Position numbers and translations under genes: made by a program. The notes under the pieces are model-generated. The model was not told where the DNA came from and made no database searches. It saw only the letters and a program-made list of their open reading frames with translations. A stretch of 64,000 nucleotides of DNA from Parvibaculaceae bacterium (GTDB lineage: Bacteria > Pseudomonadota > Alphaproteobacteria > Parvibaculales > Parvibaculaceae): positions 2,357 through 66,356 of the forward strand of contig JAPWJY010000001.1 of the NCBI GenBank assembly GCA_028283765.1, in the 5' to 3' direction. This document shows positions 37,542-47,149 of the stretch, piece after piece (within the stretch, counting starts at the first letter, position 1; the number at the start of each line of letters is the position of its first letter).

Positions 37542-38942
37542 TCAGCGCCGCTCGCGAAACCAGACGCCGGAACCCACGGCCGCGAACAGGCCGACGCCGT
37601 AAAGAACCAGTCCCAGCGCCAGCGCGGCGAAAAGCCAGTTGAGCGAGCCAGTCAGACGCAACGTCAACCAGCCGCCGCCAACCGCAACGACGACCCGGCA
37701 TGCCCCTGCCAGCAATGGCCACAACAACCGCCCGGCGCCTTGCGAGGCGAAATAAAGAGCAAGGCCCATGCCGAAAAATCCGAAGGTTGGCCCCACGATT
37801 CGCAGATAGAGCGCTCCGGTTTCCATCATTTGAGGGTCGGCGCTGAACAGCGCGAGCCACGCCTGCGGCCAGATCGCCGCCACGATGCCCACCGTCTCCG
37901 TAATGGCGAAGGCGATGCCCGCGCCGGTGAAGGCGATGCGCAGCGCGCGCGCCGTCTGGCCCGCCCCGATATTGGTGCCGACCAGCGCCACCAGCGGGGC
38001 GCCGAGCCCGAACACGACCGGAATCAGCAGATATTCAAGCCGCGCGCCGGTGCCATAGCCCGCCACCGCCTGCGCGCCCGCATAGCTCGCCACGAGCGAG
38101 GTCGCCAGAATGATGGTGAAATTGGTTTGCAGCGCGCTCACCGCCGCAACGGCGCCCACGCGCAGCACATCGCTGAACAGAACCCATTGCAGCCGGGCCA
38201 GGGTGAAGCGCGCCAGATTGCGCCCGGAAAGCACATACCAGCCGAGCAGGACCATCACCAGAGCGTTGCTGAGCACAAGGGCGGTGCCGCCGCCCGCCAC
38301 GCCCATCGCAGGGATAGGACCCCAGCCGAAAATCAGCAGCGGAGAGAGCGGAACCAGAATGACCACGCTGACGCAGATGGCCCCGGCAGGCAGCGACATA
38401 TTGCCGGTGCCCCGGATCACGCTGGCGAACGCATTCGTCAGCCAAAGGAAAATGCTGCCGCCGAACACGATATCGGAATAGGTGACGGCCGCCTCCAGCT
38501 CCGCGCCCCGGCCGCCGAGCAGCCGGTAAAAAGGCGTGCCGAAAGCGATCATCACCACCGAGAAGAACAGGGCGAAGCCGATATTGATCAGGATGGCATG
38601 GAGCACGAGGGCATTGGCCGTTTCGCGCCGCCCGCCGCCGAGCGCACGGGCGATGGCGGAGGAAATGCCCCCGCCGATCGCTCCGCCCGACACCATCTGG
38701 ATCAGCATCACGCCGGGAAAAACCAGCGCCATCCCGGCCAGCACATCGGTGCCGAGATGGGACAGCCACCACGTCTCGATGAGCCCGGTGGAGGCCTGCG
38801 CCAGCATGACCAGCACATTGGGCAACGCCATGCGGATCAGCGTCGGCACGATGGGGCCGTGCAGCAACCTGTAGGTGCGTGGCTCCATCGGTGGCGTAAT
38901 GACCACCGCCGGTTCGGCCTGCCCGATGCTGATCTCGCTCAT
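37542..38942 (-). CDS. MATE family efflux transporter
   Basis: 466 aa with 12 predicted TM segments. N-terminal LIRMALPNVLVMLAQASTGLIETWWLSHLG is a typical MatE repeat. Confidence 0.85.
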   Translation of the reverse strand: MSEISIGQAEPAVVITPPMEPRTYRLLHGPIVPTLIRMALPNVLVMLAQASTGLIETWWLSHLGTDVLAGMALVFPGVMLIQMVSGGAIGGGISSAIARALGGGRRETANALVLHAILINIGFALFFSVVMIAFGTPFYRLLGGRGAELEAAVTYSDIVFGGSIFLWLTNAFASVIRGTGNMSLPAGAICVSVVILVPLSPLLIFGWGPIPAMGVAGGGTALVLSNALVMVLLGWYVLSGRNLARFTLARLQWVLFSDVLRVGAVAAVSALQTNFTIILATSLVASYAGAQAVAGYGTGARLEYLLIPVVFGLGAPLVALVGTNIGAGQTARALRIAFTGAGIAFAITETVGIVAAIWPQAWLALFSADPQMMETGALYLRIVGPTFGFFGMGLALYFASQGAGRLLWPLLAGACRVVVAVGGGWLTLRLTGSLNWLFAALALGLVLYGVGLFAAVGSGVWFRERR

Positions 38943-38945
38943 GCC

Positions 38946-40103
38946 TCAGACAGCCTCAAGAATGGTGGCGATGCCCTGACCGCCGCCAATGCACTGGGTG
39001 GAGAGCGCATAGCGCTTGCCCTCGCGCTTCAGCAACTGGGCGGCCTTGCCGGTGATGCGCGCGCCCGTCGCGCCCAGCGGGTGGCCGAGCGCCAGCGCGC
39101 CACCATCGAGATTGACCTTGCTGCGGGGAATATTGAGTTCGCGCAGACAGGCGACAGACTGGCTGCCGAACGCCTCGTTGATCTCGACAACGTCGATGTC
39201 GTCAACCGTGAGCCCGGCCCGCGCCAAAGCCTTGCGCGTGGCGGGGACGGGACCCATGCCCATGATCTCGGGCGGACATCCGGCCACCGCCGCGGAGCGA
39301 ATGCGCGCAAGCACATTCAGGGAATTGCGCTCCGCATATTCCTCCGAGCAGACGAGAACGGCCGCCGCACCATCCGTCAGCGGCGAGGAGGTGCCGGCCG
39401 TCACGCTGCCCTCGGGCCGGAAGGCGGGCTTCAGCCCTGCAAGCCCTTCGAGCGTCGTCGAGGGGCGCAGACAGCCATCCGTATCGACAAGCCCGTTGGG
39501 CGTGCTGATCGCGATGATCTCGCCGCGCAGCCTGCCCGCGGCCTGGGCGGCGGCGGCCTTCTGCTGGGATTCGAACGCAAGCTGCTCCTGGTCGGCGCGG
39601 CTGACCTTATATTGCTCGGCAACGTTTTCCGCCGTTTCGCCCATGGCGATATAGGCTTCGGTCATCAGTTCCGCGTCGGGGAACTTCGGCCCGCGAAAGC
39701 GGGGATTGGGCGAGAAATTGAAGCCGCCCTGAGGCACGCGGGTCATCGACTCGACGCCCGCGCAGATGAACGCATCGCCCGCGCCGATGGCGATCTGCCC
39801 TGCCGCAATATGGATGGCATACATGGATGAACCGCAGAAGCGGTTGACCGTCGCGCCGGCCACGCTGATCGGCAGACCGGCCAGCAGCACCGCGATCCGG
39901 GCGATATTGTTGCCCTGCTCGGCCTCGGGATAGGCGCAACCCATCACCACGTCCTCGATCGTGCCCGGATCTATCTTCGAGCGCTCAACCAGCGCCTTGA
40001 TCGCGGCGGCAGCCAGATCGTCCGGGCGGACATCGACCAGCGCACCCTTGCGGGCGAAATGAAAGGGTGTGCGGACATATTCCGCGATAACGGCTGAACG
40101 CAT
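38946..40103 (-). CDS. acetyl-CoA C-acyltransferase (thiolase)
   Basis: Active-site Cys in VNRFCGSSM, and C-terminal NLDGGALALGHPLGATG...CIGGGQG. Confidence 0.9.
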   Translation of the reverse strand: MRSAVIAEYVRTPFHFARKGALVDVRPDDLAAAAIKALVERSKIDPGTIEDVVMGCAYPEAEQGNNIARIAVLLAGLPISVAGATVNRFCGSSMYAIHIAAGQIAIGAGDAFICAGVESMTRVPQGGFNFSPNPRFRGPKFPDAELMTEAYIAMGETAENVAEQYKVSRADQEQLAFESQQKAAAAQAAGRLRGEIIAISTPNGLVDTDGCLRPSTTLEGLAGLKPAFRPEGSVTAGTSSPLTDGAAAVLVCSEEYAERNSLNVLARIRSAAVAGCPPEIMGMGPVPATRKALARAGLTVDDIDVVEINEAFGSQSVACLRELNIPRSKVNLDGGALALGHPLGATGARITGKAAQLLKREGKRYALSTQCIGGGQGIATILEAV

Positions 40104-40159
40104 GGGCGTTACTCCTTGGCATAAGGGAATTCGGCTGATGGCGGCGCGAGGCCATCATC

Positions 40160-40609
40160 TCATCGCGCGAAAATCAGCAGCGTCGAGGTGGCCGAGGCGA
40201 TAAGGCGGCCCGACATGTCCGTGATCCGCCCTTCGGAAAAAGCGGCCCGGCGGCCATAGCTGACAACCAGTCCTTCCGCTCTTATCAGGCCGGTTTCCGC
40301 CGTCATCGCCCGGTGATAGGCCACCTTCAGTTCCAGCGTGGTGTAAGCCTGATCCGGCGAAAGGCGCGAGTGAACGGCGCAGCCGCAGGCGGAATCGAGC
40401 AATGTCGCCGCATAGCCGCCATGGATGGTACCGATGGGATTGAAGGCGTGAGGTCCGGGGATTCCCTCGAAAACCGCGCGCCCTTCCTCGATTTCGACCA
40501 GATTGAAATCGAGCGACTGGCCGATGCCCGGCCTTCGTCCCGCGGCGATCATCGCCTGCATCTGTTCAAGGCCCGTCAGACCGGCCTCCGTCTCGTTGAA
40601 GAGATTCAT
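40160..40609 (-). CDS. PaaI-family (hotdog fold) thioesterase
   Basis: NPIGTIHGGYAATLLDSACG motif. Start MNLFNE overlaps the upstream TetR stop (ATGA). Confidence 0.85.
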   Translation of the reverse strand: MNLFNETEAGLTGLEQMQAMIAAGRRPGIGQSLDFNLVEIEEGRAVFEGIPGPHAFNPIGTIHGGYAATLLDSACGCAVHSRLSPDQAYTTLELKVAYHRAMTAETGLIRAEGLVVSYGRRAAFSEGRITDMSGRLIASATSTLLIFAR

Positions 40610-41199
40610 GGCAGGATCTCCAGCCCAAGGCGCTGCCTGAGCGCGGTCTTGGAACAATCAAGAATTTTCTTTGAAAGAGTCATGTCTTCCGTCGCGCGCG
40701 ACAGCATCAGCGCGCCGGCAAGCTCGCTTAAGACGGACGAGGCAAGAGCGTCCGGGTCTTCATACCCCAGGGCCTTGAGCTTGCTCGCAATGGCAGTGCT
40801 CAACCGGTTGAAACCGGCCGTGAAACTGACGCGGGCCGTGGGACCCAGCCGGGAAAGATCGCCGGAAAGCGCCGCCAGCGGGCAGCCGATGGCGCGCGAG
40901 TCACGGTGACGTTGCGAGAGGTAGAAATCGATATAGGCGGCGAGCGCCGGGGCCGGGGGCAGATCCCCCATCACTTTCCCGACGACCGAATTCGCCTCGT
41001 CGAACACGTAGGCCACCGTCTCGGCGATGAAATCATCTCTGGATTTGAAGTGCGCGTAGAAGCCGCCGTGCGTCAGGCCCGCGCTCGCCATGATCCCGGC
41101 CACGCTGATCTGATCTGGCCCGTTGGCCTTGATCGCCCTTGCCGCTTCTTTCAGCACCTTTGCTCTGGTGCGTTCCTTATGCTCCGGATCATACCGCAT
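40606..41199 (-). CDS. TetR/AcrR family transcriptional regulator
   Basis: N-terminal HTH KVLKEAARAIKANGPDQISVAGIMASAGLTHGGFYAHFKSRDD. First gene of the minus-strand acyl-CoA cluster. Confidence 0.85.
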   Translation of the reverse strand: MRYDPEHKERTRAKVLKEAARAIKANGPDQISVAGIMASAGLTHGGFYAHFKSRDDFIAETVAYVFDEANSVVGKVMGDLPPAPALAAYIDFYLSQRHRDSRAIGCPLAALSGDLSRLGPTARVSFTAGFNRLSTAIASKLKALGYEDPDALASSVLSELAGALMLSRATEDMTLSKKILDCSKTALRQRLGLEILP

Positions 41200-41354
41200 G
41201 ACAGGTGCCTTCCGCTCATCGCGAGCCTTTTATATGAGGCATGTAATATCATGTGAGGTGCAAATTCAAGAGGCATCGAACAGAATATCGTGACGGGATT
41301 TGCAGGCCGCCGCGCGCAGGCCCATCGCCGGGATATTGCGCGCGGCGATAGTTC

Positions 41355-43067
41355 CTACCGGCTGACGAGTTCCAGAACGCGCGGCGCGGCCTTGTCCGAG
41401 GCGCGGGCGAGCGCAGGCTTGCCAAGGATCATGTCGGCGGCTTTTTCGGCGATCATGATCGTCGGCGCGTTCGTATTGCCGGAAACCAGCCGCGGCATGA
41501 TGGAGGCGTCGACCACCCGGAGCCCCTCGACGCCATAGACCCGCAATTGCGGATCGACCACGGCGTTGGGACCGTGGCCCATCTGGCAGGTGCCGACCGG
41601 GTGATAGATCGTGCTCCCCGTGTTCTGGGCGAAGGCCAGCAGGTCCTCGTCGCTCACGGCGTCCGAGCCCGGCAGCAGCTCATGATCGATATAGGTCTGG
41701 AGCGCTGGCTGCTCCGCGATCTTGCGGGCGAAACGAAGCGACGCCACGGCGACCTCGCGGTCCAGCGGATCGCTCAGATAGTTCGGCACGATGGAGGGAT
41801 ATACGGAAGGGTCGGACGAACGGATCCGGATATGCCCCCGGCTTTCCGGCCTGACCTGACAGGGTGCGATGGTGAGGCCCGGCTGCTTGTCCAGCTCCAT
41901 GGTGCCGTCGCGCGCCATGCGCTCCATGTCCATATTGGCGGGCAGGATGTGATACTGGATATCGGGATGGGCAAGCTCCGGCCGCGACTTGCAGAAAACG
42001 GCGATATGCGCGGCGGAAAGCGTGAGCAGCCCCTTGCGCTGGAACAGATATTTCAGCGTCTCGCCCACGAACCGCCGGCCGCGCGTCAGTTCGTTCACCG
42101 AAATGGTGCCGGGCTTCAGGCGGTAGATCACCCCCATCACATAATGGTCCTGCAAATTCTCTCCGACACCGGGGAGGTCGGACACCACGGGAATGCCATG
42201 CTCCCTCAGCAGCGCCGCCGGGCCGATGCCGGAAAGCTGCAGAAGCTGGGGCGAATTGATCGCGCCGCCTGAAAGAATGACCTCGCGCGCGGCGTGGGCC
42301 GTCCGCTTCACGCCGTTCTGCGTATATTCGACGCCGACAGCCTTCTTGCCCTCGAACAGCACACGCCCTGCCAGCGCACGGGTTTCGACCGTCAGGTTCT
42401 CCCGCTTCATCACCGGATGGAGATAGGCGACGGCAGCCGAATGGCGCTGGCCGTTCTTGACCGTCAACTGGTAATAGGTCACCCCTTCCTGATCGGCCCC
42501 GTTGACGTCCGCCTTGCGCGGCAGACCCGCCTGCTCGCAGGCGTCGATCACCGCATCCGACACCGGATGCTTTTCCGTCACATCGGAAACATTGAGCGGG
42601 CCGCCGGTCCCGTGCCAGCCCTCGCTGTCCGCCCCGCGCTCCTGATTTTCAGAACGCAGGAAATAGGGGTGGACGTCGTCCCAGCTCCAGCCCTCGCAGC
42701 CAAGCTGGCGCCAGTTGTCATAGTCCGCATGCTGACCGCGAATATAGAGCAGGCCGTTGATGGAAGAGGAGCCGCCCAGCACCTTGCCGCGTGGCCACAT
42801 GTGGACCCGCCCACCCGAGGTTGAATCGGCCTCCGTCGGATAGAGCCAGTTGACCTTGGGGTCTTTCAGCGTCCGGGCATAGCCGACCGGCACATGGATC
42901 ATCATGTTCGACATGAACTGCGAAGGCTCGTGCAGGGGCCGGTCGTCACCCCCGGCCTCCAGCAGCAGAACCCGTGTTTTTCCGTCCGCCGAGAGCCGGT
43001 TCGCCAGCACGCAACCGGCGCTTCCGCCGCCGACGACAATATAGTCGAATCGGGAAACTTCAGACAT
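41355..43067 (-). CDS. GMC family oxidoreductase (choline/alcohol dehydrogenase-like flavoprotein)
   Basis: FDYIVVGGGSAGCVLANRLS FAD motif, GGSSSINGL, and C-terminal HPVGTCQMG...VVDASIMP. Start at MSEVSRF, preceded by GGGAGG. The track ORF is over-extended to 43274. Confidence 0.9.
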   Translation of the reverse strand: MSEVSRFDYIVVGGGSAGCVLANRLSADGKTRVLLLEAGGDDRPLHEPSQFMSNMMIHVPVGYARTLKDPKVNWLYPTEADSTSGGRVHMWPRGKVLGGSSSINGLLYIRGQHADYDNWRQLGCEGWSWDDVHPYFLRSENQERGADSEGWHGTGGPLNVSDVTEKHPVSDAVIDACEQAGLPRKADVNGADQEGVTYYQLTVKNGQRHSAAVAYLHPVMKRENLTVETRALAGRVLFEGKKAVGVEYTQNGVKRTAHAAREVILSGGAINSPQLLQLSGIGPAALLREHGIPVVSDLPGVGENLQDHYVMGVIYRLKPGTISVNELTRGRRFVGETLKYLFQRKGLLTLSAAHIAVFCKSRPELAHPDIQYHILPANMDMERMARDGTMELDKQPGLTIAPCQVRPESRGHIRIRSSDPSVYPSIVPNYLSDPLDREVAVASLRFARKIAEQPALQTYIDHELLPGSDAVSDEDLLAFAQNTGSTIYHPVGTCQMGHGPNAVVDPQLRVYGVEGLRVVDASIMPRLVSGNTNAPTIMIAEKAADMILGKPALARASDKAAPRVLELVSR

Positions 43068-43200
43068 TGGACCTCCCAGCCGGCCTGTTTTCAGACCCTG
43101 AATTGTTATAGCGAGGCTATCTCGGGCCGGTTCTGGCATAAACCGCGCGAAAGCCTTAGCTTCGGCTGCCATATTAGATGCCAACCCCTGCCACTGTCGA

Positions 43201-43764
43201 ATGAGGAAATCCGCCGTGCGCGACAAGATGAAAAACGGGCACAAAAGCCCCCAGCGTGTCGAACTCGATGACATCGACCGCCGGCTGATCTCGTTGCTTC
43301 AGCAGGATGGCCGCATCAGCTATGCAGACCTCAGCCGCGAAGTAGGGCTCACGGCGCCGGGCATCCGCATCCGGGTCATGCGGCTTCAGGACGAAGGCGT
43401 CCTCCAGATCGTCGCGGTCACCGATCCCTTGCAGCTTGGCTATGAAAGCATGGCCCAGGTCGCCATCCGCGCCGACGGCGATGCGATCGCCATCGCGGAC
43501 GCGCTCCGGGAGGTGGAGAACGTCATTTATGTGGTGCTGTGTGCCGGTTCATACGATCTGATGGCGGAGGTCGTCGCCGCCGACAAGAACGCGCTTTTCG
43601 ACGTCATCAACAATGAAATCAAACATATCCCCGGCGTCGGGAGGATAGAAACCTTCATGTATTACGGCATCCACACCCACCGCTTCAACTGGCGGGTGCG
43701 GGCCCCTGCGGGCAACGCAGAGGCCGGCGGGGACCATACCGCTACGTCAGAACCGGGGCTCTGA
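43201..43764 (+). CDS. Lrp/AsnC family transcriptional regulator
   Basis: LDDIDRRLISLLQQDGRISYADLSREVGLTAPGIRIRVMRLQDEGVL HTH plus an AsnC ligand domain. Start uncertain (43201, GTG 43216 or ATG 43228). Divergent from the GMC gene. Confidence 0.85.
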   Translation: MRKSAVRDKMKNGHKSPQRVELDDIDRRLISLLQQDGRISYADLSREVGLTAPGIRIRVMRLQDEGVLQIVAVTDPLQLGYESMAQVAIRADGDAIAIADALREVENVIYVVLCAGSYDLMAEVVAADKNALFDVINNEIKHIPGVGRIETFMYYGIHTHRFNWRVRAPAGNAEAGGDHTATSEPGL

Positions 43765-43767
43765 TCC

Positions 43768-46677
43768 TCAGGACAATTCCGCCAGCGCCTTTACCAGCAT
43801 ATCGACGAAATAATCCACGCTTTCGCGGGTAAGGCACATGGGCGGCTTGATCTTCAATACGTTGAGATGGTCGCCCGTGGGCTGCATCAGGATGCCGAGT
43901 TCCAGCAGCCGGTCGCACAGCATCATGGTTTCCTGCGTTGCGGGTTCCAGCGTCTCCCGGTCCCGGACGAACTCGACGCCGAGATAAAAGCCCATGCCGT
44001 GAACCGCCCCCGCAAGGGGGAAGCGCTCGACCAGCGTTTCCAGCCGCGCCCTGAAATAATCGCCCAGATCGCGGGCATTTTCCTGCAAGCCCTCGTCCCG
44101 GATCACGTCGAGTACAGTCATCCCGGCCTGACAGCTCACCGGGCTCCCGCCCGCCGACGAAAAGAAATAACCCTCCGCCTCCAGCGCATCGGCGATCTCG
44201 CGGCGCGTGATCACCGCGCCAAGCGGATGGCCGTTGCCCATGGCCTTGGCGACCGTGATGATGTCGGGCACGACGCCCTGCTGATCCACGCCCCAGAAAT
44301 AATGGCCCAGCCGCCCATAGCCGACCTGCACCTCGTCCGCGATGCAGACGCCGCCCTGCGCCCGGACCCGCGCGTAAACCTCCCGCAGATAGCCCGGCGG
44401 CAGCGGAATGCCGCCCGCATTGCCGTAGACCGGCTCACAGATGAACCCCGCCGGTCTGCGCCCCGCTTCGGCGAGCCGGTTCAGGGCTTCATCCACGCTG
44501 CGCACATAATCGGCCGTCGACCCCTCGCCCCGGAAAGGCCCCCGGTAGGTATTGGGCGCGGTGACGGGATGGACCCAGTCCGGCCGCGTAGTCAGCGCCC
44601 GGGGATTGTCGGCGATCGAGGTGGAGATGGCGTCCGTCGCCACCGACCAGCCGTGATAGGCCTCGAGCACGCACAGCATGTCGCGCGCGCCGCTGAAAGC
44701 CCAGGCCAGCCGGAGCGCCAGATCGTTGGCCTCCGTGCCGCTGTTGACCAGAAACACCGTATCGAGCGGACCGGGAGCCAGACCGGCAAGACGCCGGGAG
44801 AATTCCGCCGCCGCCGCATAGTGGAAACGGGAATTGGTGTTGAGCAGCGACCATTGCCGTGCCACTGCCTCGACCATGCGCGGGTGGCCGTGCCCCAGCA
44901 CGCTGACATTGTTCAGCATGTCGAGATAGGTGCGTCCTTTCATGTCGATCATGTGCTGACGCCAGCCCCGCTCGATCTGCGGCGGCTCGGCATAATAATA
45001 TTTCTGAGACCCGGCAAAGCTGGCGTTGCGGCAGGCGAGCAGCGCCTCGCTCTCCGGCTCCGCCGCCTCGCAGTCAAACCCCAAAATAACCGACGGTGCA
45101 GGGCACAGCGCCCGCCAGGCCGCCGCGCATCGTGGCGTTGCAAAGAGCGGCGGCACAAGGCCCGGTTCGGTGCAAAGCTGCACCCGCAGCGCCGTCCCCG
45201 TCCGCCCGAGCGCCTGCCCCCGGTCAACAGTTACAGCGGAGTGAACCCCTTCCAGTCCCCACAGCCATAGGGAGAGACCGGGGCCATCGAGCACCGCCGC
45301 CCCGCCCGTCTCATGGCGCAGCACGCCACCAAAGGGCGCCTGCACAAGGGTGCCTGACGGTAAAACAAGATCGACATGAAGCGCACAGGTTTCCGGCTCG
45401 TGCGGACTGTCGGTCTTCGTCTGCGACAGGCGGTATTCGCCATGGCGCGTCGCGGCAAGGCCGGTGGCCGCCGCCGCTTCTTCCAGCAGGCGCTGGTCTA
45501 TACCGGGTTCACCCCAGTTGCCTTCGCGGAACCCCGCCCCCAGTACGCCCAGATCGGCGAACCGGAACTCTTCAGCCTTCACACCGGGCAGCAAAGGGGC
45601 AGACGCTTCAGCAACAGAAAAGGCTTTCCCCAGACCGGCGCTTTCCAGAATGGCGGCTTCCATCAGCCCAAACGGCACCGAGGTCGCGACCTCGAAAATT
45701 TTGCGCTCATGGTCAAGGTTGCCCGCCGCGTAATCATTGCCGGTATCGACCTTGTTCTGATGCTCACCGCACACCCACTGCACCGCGCCCCGCACGACAA
45801 CTAGGGGCCAGAGCGCCCGGAGTTCCGCCTCATTGAGTGGATTGATCGCGTGATAGGCCGCGACGGCGGGCAGAATGGCAAACGGATCGCCTTCGGCATG
45901 GTGCAGCAGCGACGCGCAGGTGACGGCAAGATCGGCCACCCGCCAGCCATGCACCAGATCGCCGAAATCGATGACGCCCTCCGGCCGCCAGTGCCCCCGC
46001 TCGTCCCGCCGGCACACGACATTGTCGTCCGTCACATCATGGTGCACCGCCTGCGCGCGAAAGGCCGGAATCCACGGCTCTATCCTGCGATGGGCCTCCT
46101 CCACCACGGCGAGAATCCGGACCCTGTCTCTTTCATTTTCGACGGCAGGCAGCATATGGCCGATGACACTGTCCGCACGGCGCAGATCCCATTGCAAGGG
46201 CCGGAAGAGCCCCGGATGCTCGAAATCCTCAAGCGCAAGGGCAAGTTCCGCGCACAGCCGCCCGAAACGGGCCACCAGATCGGGCGGCATATAACCAAGG
46301 TGGGTCAGGCTTGTGCCATCCAGAAAATCCAGCAGCCGGACCTGAAGCGCCTGCCCTTCAACTGTGAGGGAAACAAGTTCCCGGCCATCACGGTCCGCCA
46401 TCACGGCCGGAGTTCCGGGCGCCCCCTTGCGGGCGCGCAGATGCGCCATGGCGGCGTTTTGCGCCGTAAGCTCCGCCTCCGAATAATCGGCATGGCAGAT
46501 CTTGAGGACATAGCGCGCGTCCCCTGTCTCGACCAGAAAATTGCGATCCTGCTGGCTGCCGAGTTCGCGTACCGATCCCGTGACGCCATAACACCGTGCA
46601 AGAATTTCCGCAGCCTGTGTTTCGCTGATGTCGGGGCAAGGAAGATCGGAACGCTGAAAAAGCGCGACTTCAGTCAT
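43768..46677 (-). CDS. tri-domain fusion: APH-type (hydroxylysine-kinase-like) phosphotransferase + degenerate M23/LytM-like module + class-III PLP enzyme of the phospho-lyase (ETNPPL/PHYKPL-like) type
   Basis: Kinase motifs HHDVTDDN and VIDFGD in the N-terminal third. Middle segment ALHVDLVLPSGTLVQAPFGGVL...VTVDRGQALGRTG. The C-terminal third has GHGHPRMV, FLVNSGTEANDLA, DEVQVGYGRLG and PLP-lysine DIITVAKAMGNGHPLG. Start at MTEVALF; the track ORF extends to 46719. Confidence 0.85.
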   Translation of the reverse strand: MTEVALFQRSDLPCPDISETQAAEILARCYGVTGSVRELGSQQDRNFLVETGDARYVLKICHADYSEAELTAQNAAMAHLRARKGAPGTPAVMADRDGRELVSLTVEGQALQVRLLDFLDGTSLTHLGYMPPDLVARFGRLCAELALALEDFEHPGLFRPLQWDLRRADSVIGHMLPAVENERDRVRILAVVEEAHRRIEPWIPAFRAQAVHHDVTDDNVVCRRDERGHWRPEGVIDFGDLVHGWRVADLAVTCASLLHHAEGDPFAILPAVAAYHAINPLNEAELRALWPLVVVRGAVQWVCGEHQNKVDTGNDYAAGNLDHERKIFEVATSVPFGLMEAAILESAGLGKAFSVAEASAPLLPGVKAEEFRFADLGVLGAGFREGNWGEPGIDQRLLEEAAAATGLAATRHGEYRLSQTKTDSPHEPETCALHVDLVLPSGTLVQAPFGGVLRHETGGAAVLDGPGLSLWLWGLEGVHSAVTVDRGQALGRTGTALRVQLCTEPGLVPPLFATPRCAAAWRALCPAPSVILGFDCEAAEPESEALLACRNASFAGSQKYYYAEPPQIERGWRQHMIDMKGRTYLDMLNNVSVLGHGHPRMVEAVARQWSLLNTNSRFHYAAAAEFSRRLAGLAPGPLDTVFLVNSGTEANDLALRLAWAFSGARDMLCVLEAYHGWSVATDAISTSIADNPRALTTRPDWVHPVTAPNTYRGPFRGEGSTADYVRSVDEALNRLAEAGRRPAGFICEPVYGNAGGIPLPPGYLREVYARVRAQGGVCIADEVQVGYGRLGHYFWGVDQQGVVPDIITVAKAMGNGHPLGAVITRREIADALEAEGYFFSSAGGSPVSCQAGMTVLDVIRDEGLQENARDLGDYFRARLETLVERFPLAGAVHGMGFYLGVEFVRDRETLEPATQETMMLCDRLLELGILMQPTGDHLNVLKIKPPMCLTRESVDYFVDMLVKALAELS

Positions 46678-47124
46678 AAAAACCTCGGAGCTTGCTGTCA
46701 CTGGCGGCCACCACCACACATCCCCGAAATGAAGGCCACTAAAGTTGAAATTTAGAAAATTATATTGTCGATATAATATCGCTTCAATATCAATTTACGG
46801 AATAAATTTTTCTTATGAAAAGTGAAATGCCGGTTTCTCAAACTGGAATCACCGTCGCTGGAACACTGCCATACATGGCTTCCATGAAGAGACTTATTTC
46901 TCCGTAACGTATTTTCTTACCCATAATCTTCCTCTCATCGATCAGGCCTCGGGCTGAAACCCGGTTGCACCATGAATGATCGCTTATGTTTTATTCGTCG
47001 GTATTCAGTCATAACCCTTTGTTATTAGGCCTATTCAAAAGAAAAGACATTTTACCAAATCAAACTGCTTGCTTTCTAGGAGATTATTTTTCGCCTCCTG
47101 CTACGCATTTTGTGGATTTTCTTA

Positions 47125-47149
47125 TAAATTAATGGCATCGATTAATTTA
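47125..47149. promoter_or_regulatory. 9-bp inverted repeat (candidate TetR operator)
   Basis: TAAATTAAT-ggcatcg-ATTAATTTA, about 100 nt upstream of the TetR-family gene start at 47248, inside the AT-rich block. Confidence 0.35.

Noticed and set aside
37740-39830. 696-aa plus-strand ORF spanning two genes
   Set aside because: It runs antisense across both the MATE transporter and the thiolase genes. Composition is dominated by R, G, H, D and A. No start context or motif.
46815-46907. 30-codon ORF (MKSEMPVSQTGITVAGTLPYMASMKRLISP) inside the AT-rich block
   Set aside because: No ribosome-binding site and no recognisable leader-peptide or RiPP-precursor features. ORFs of this size are expected by chance.
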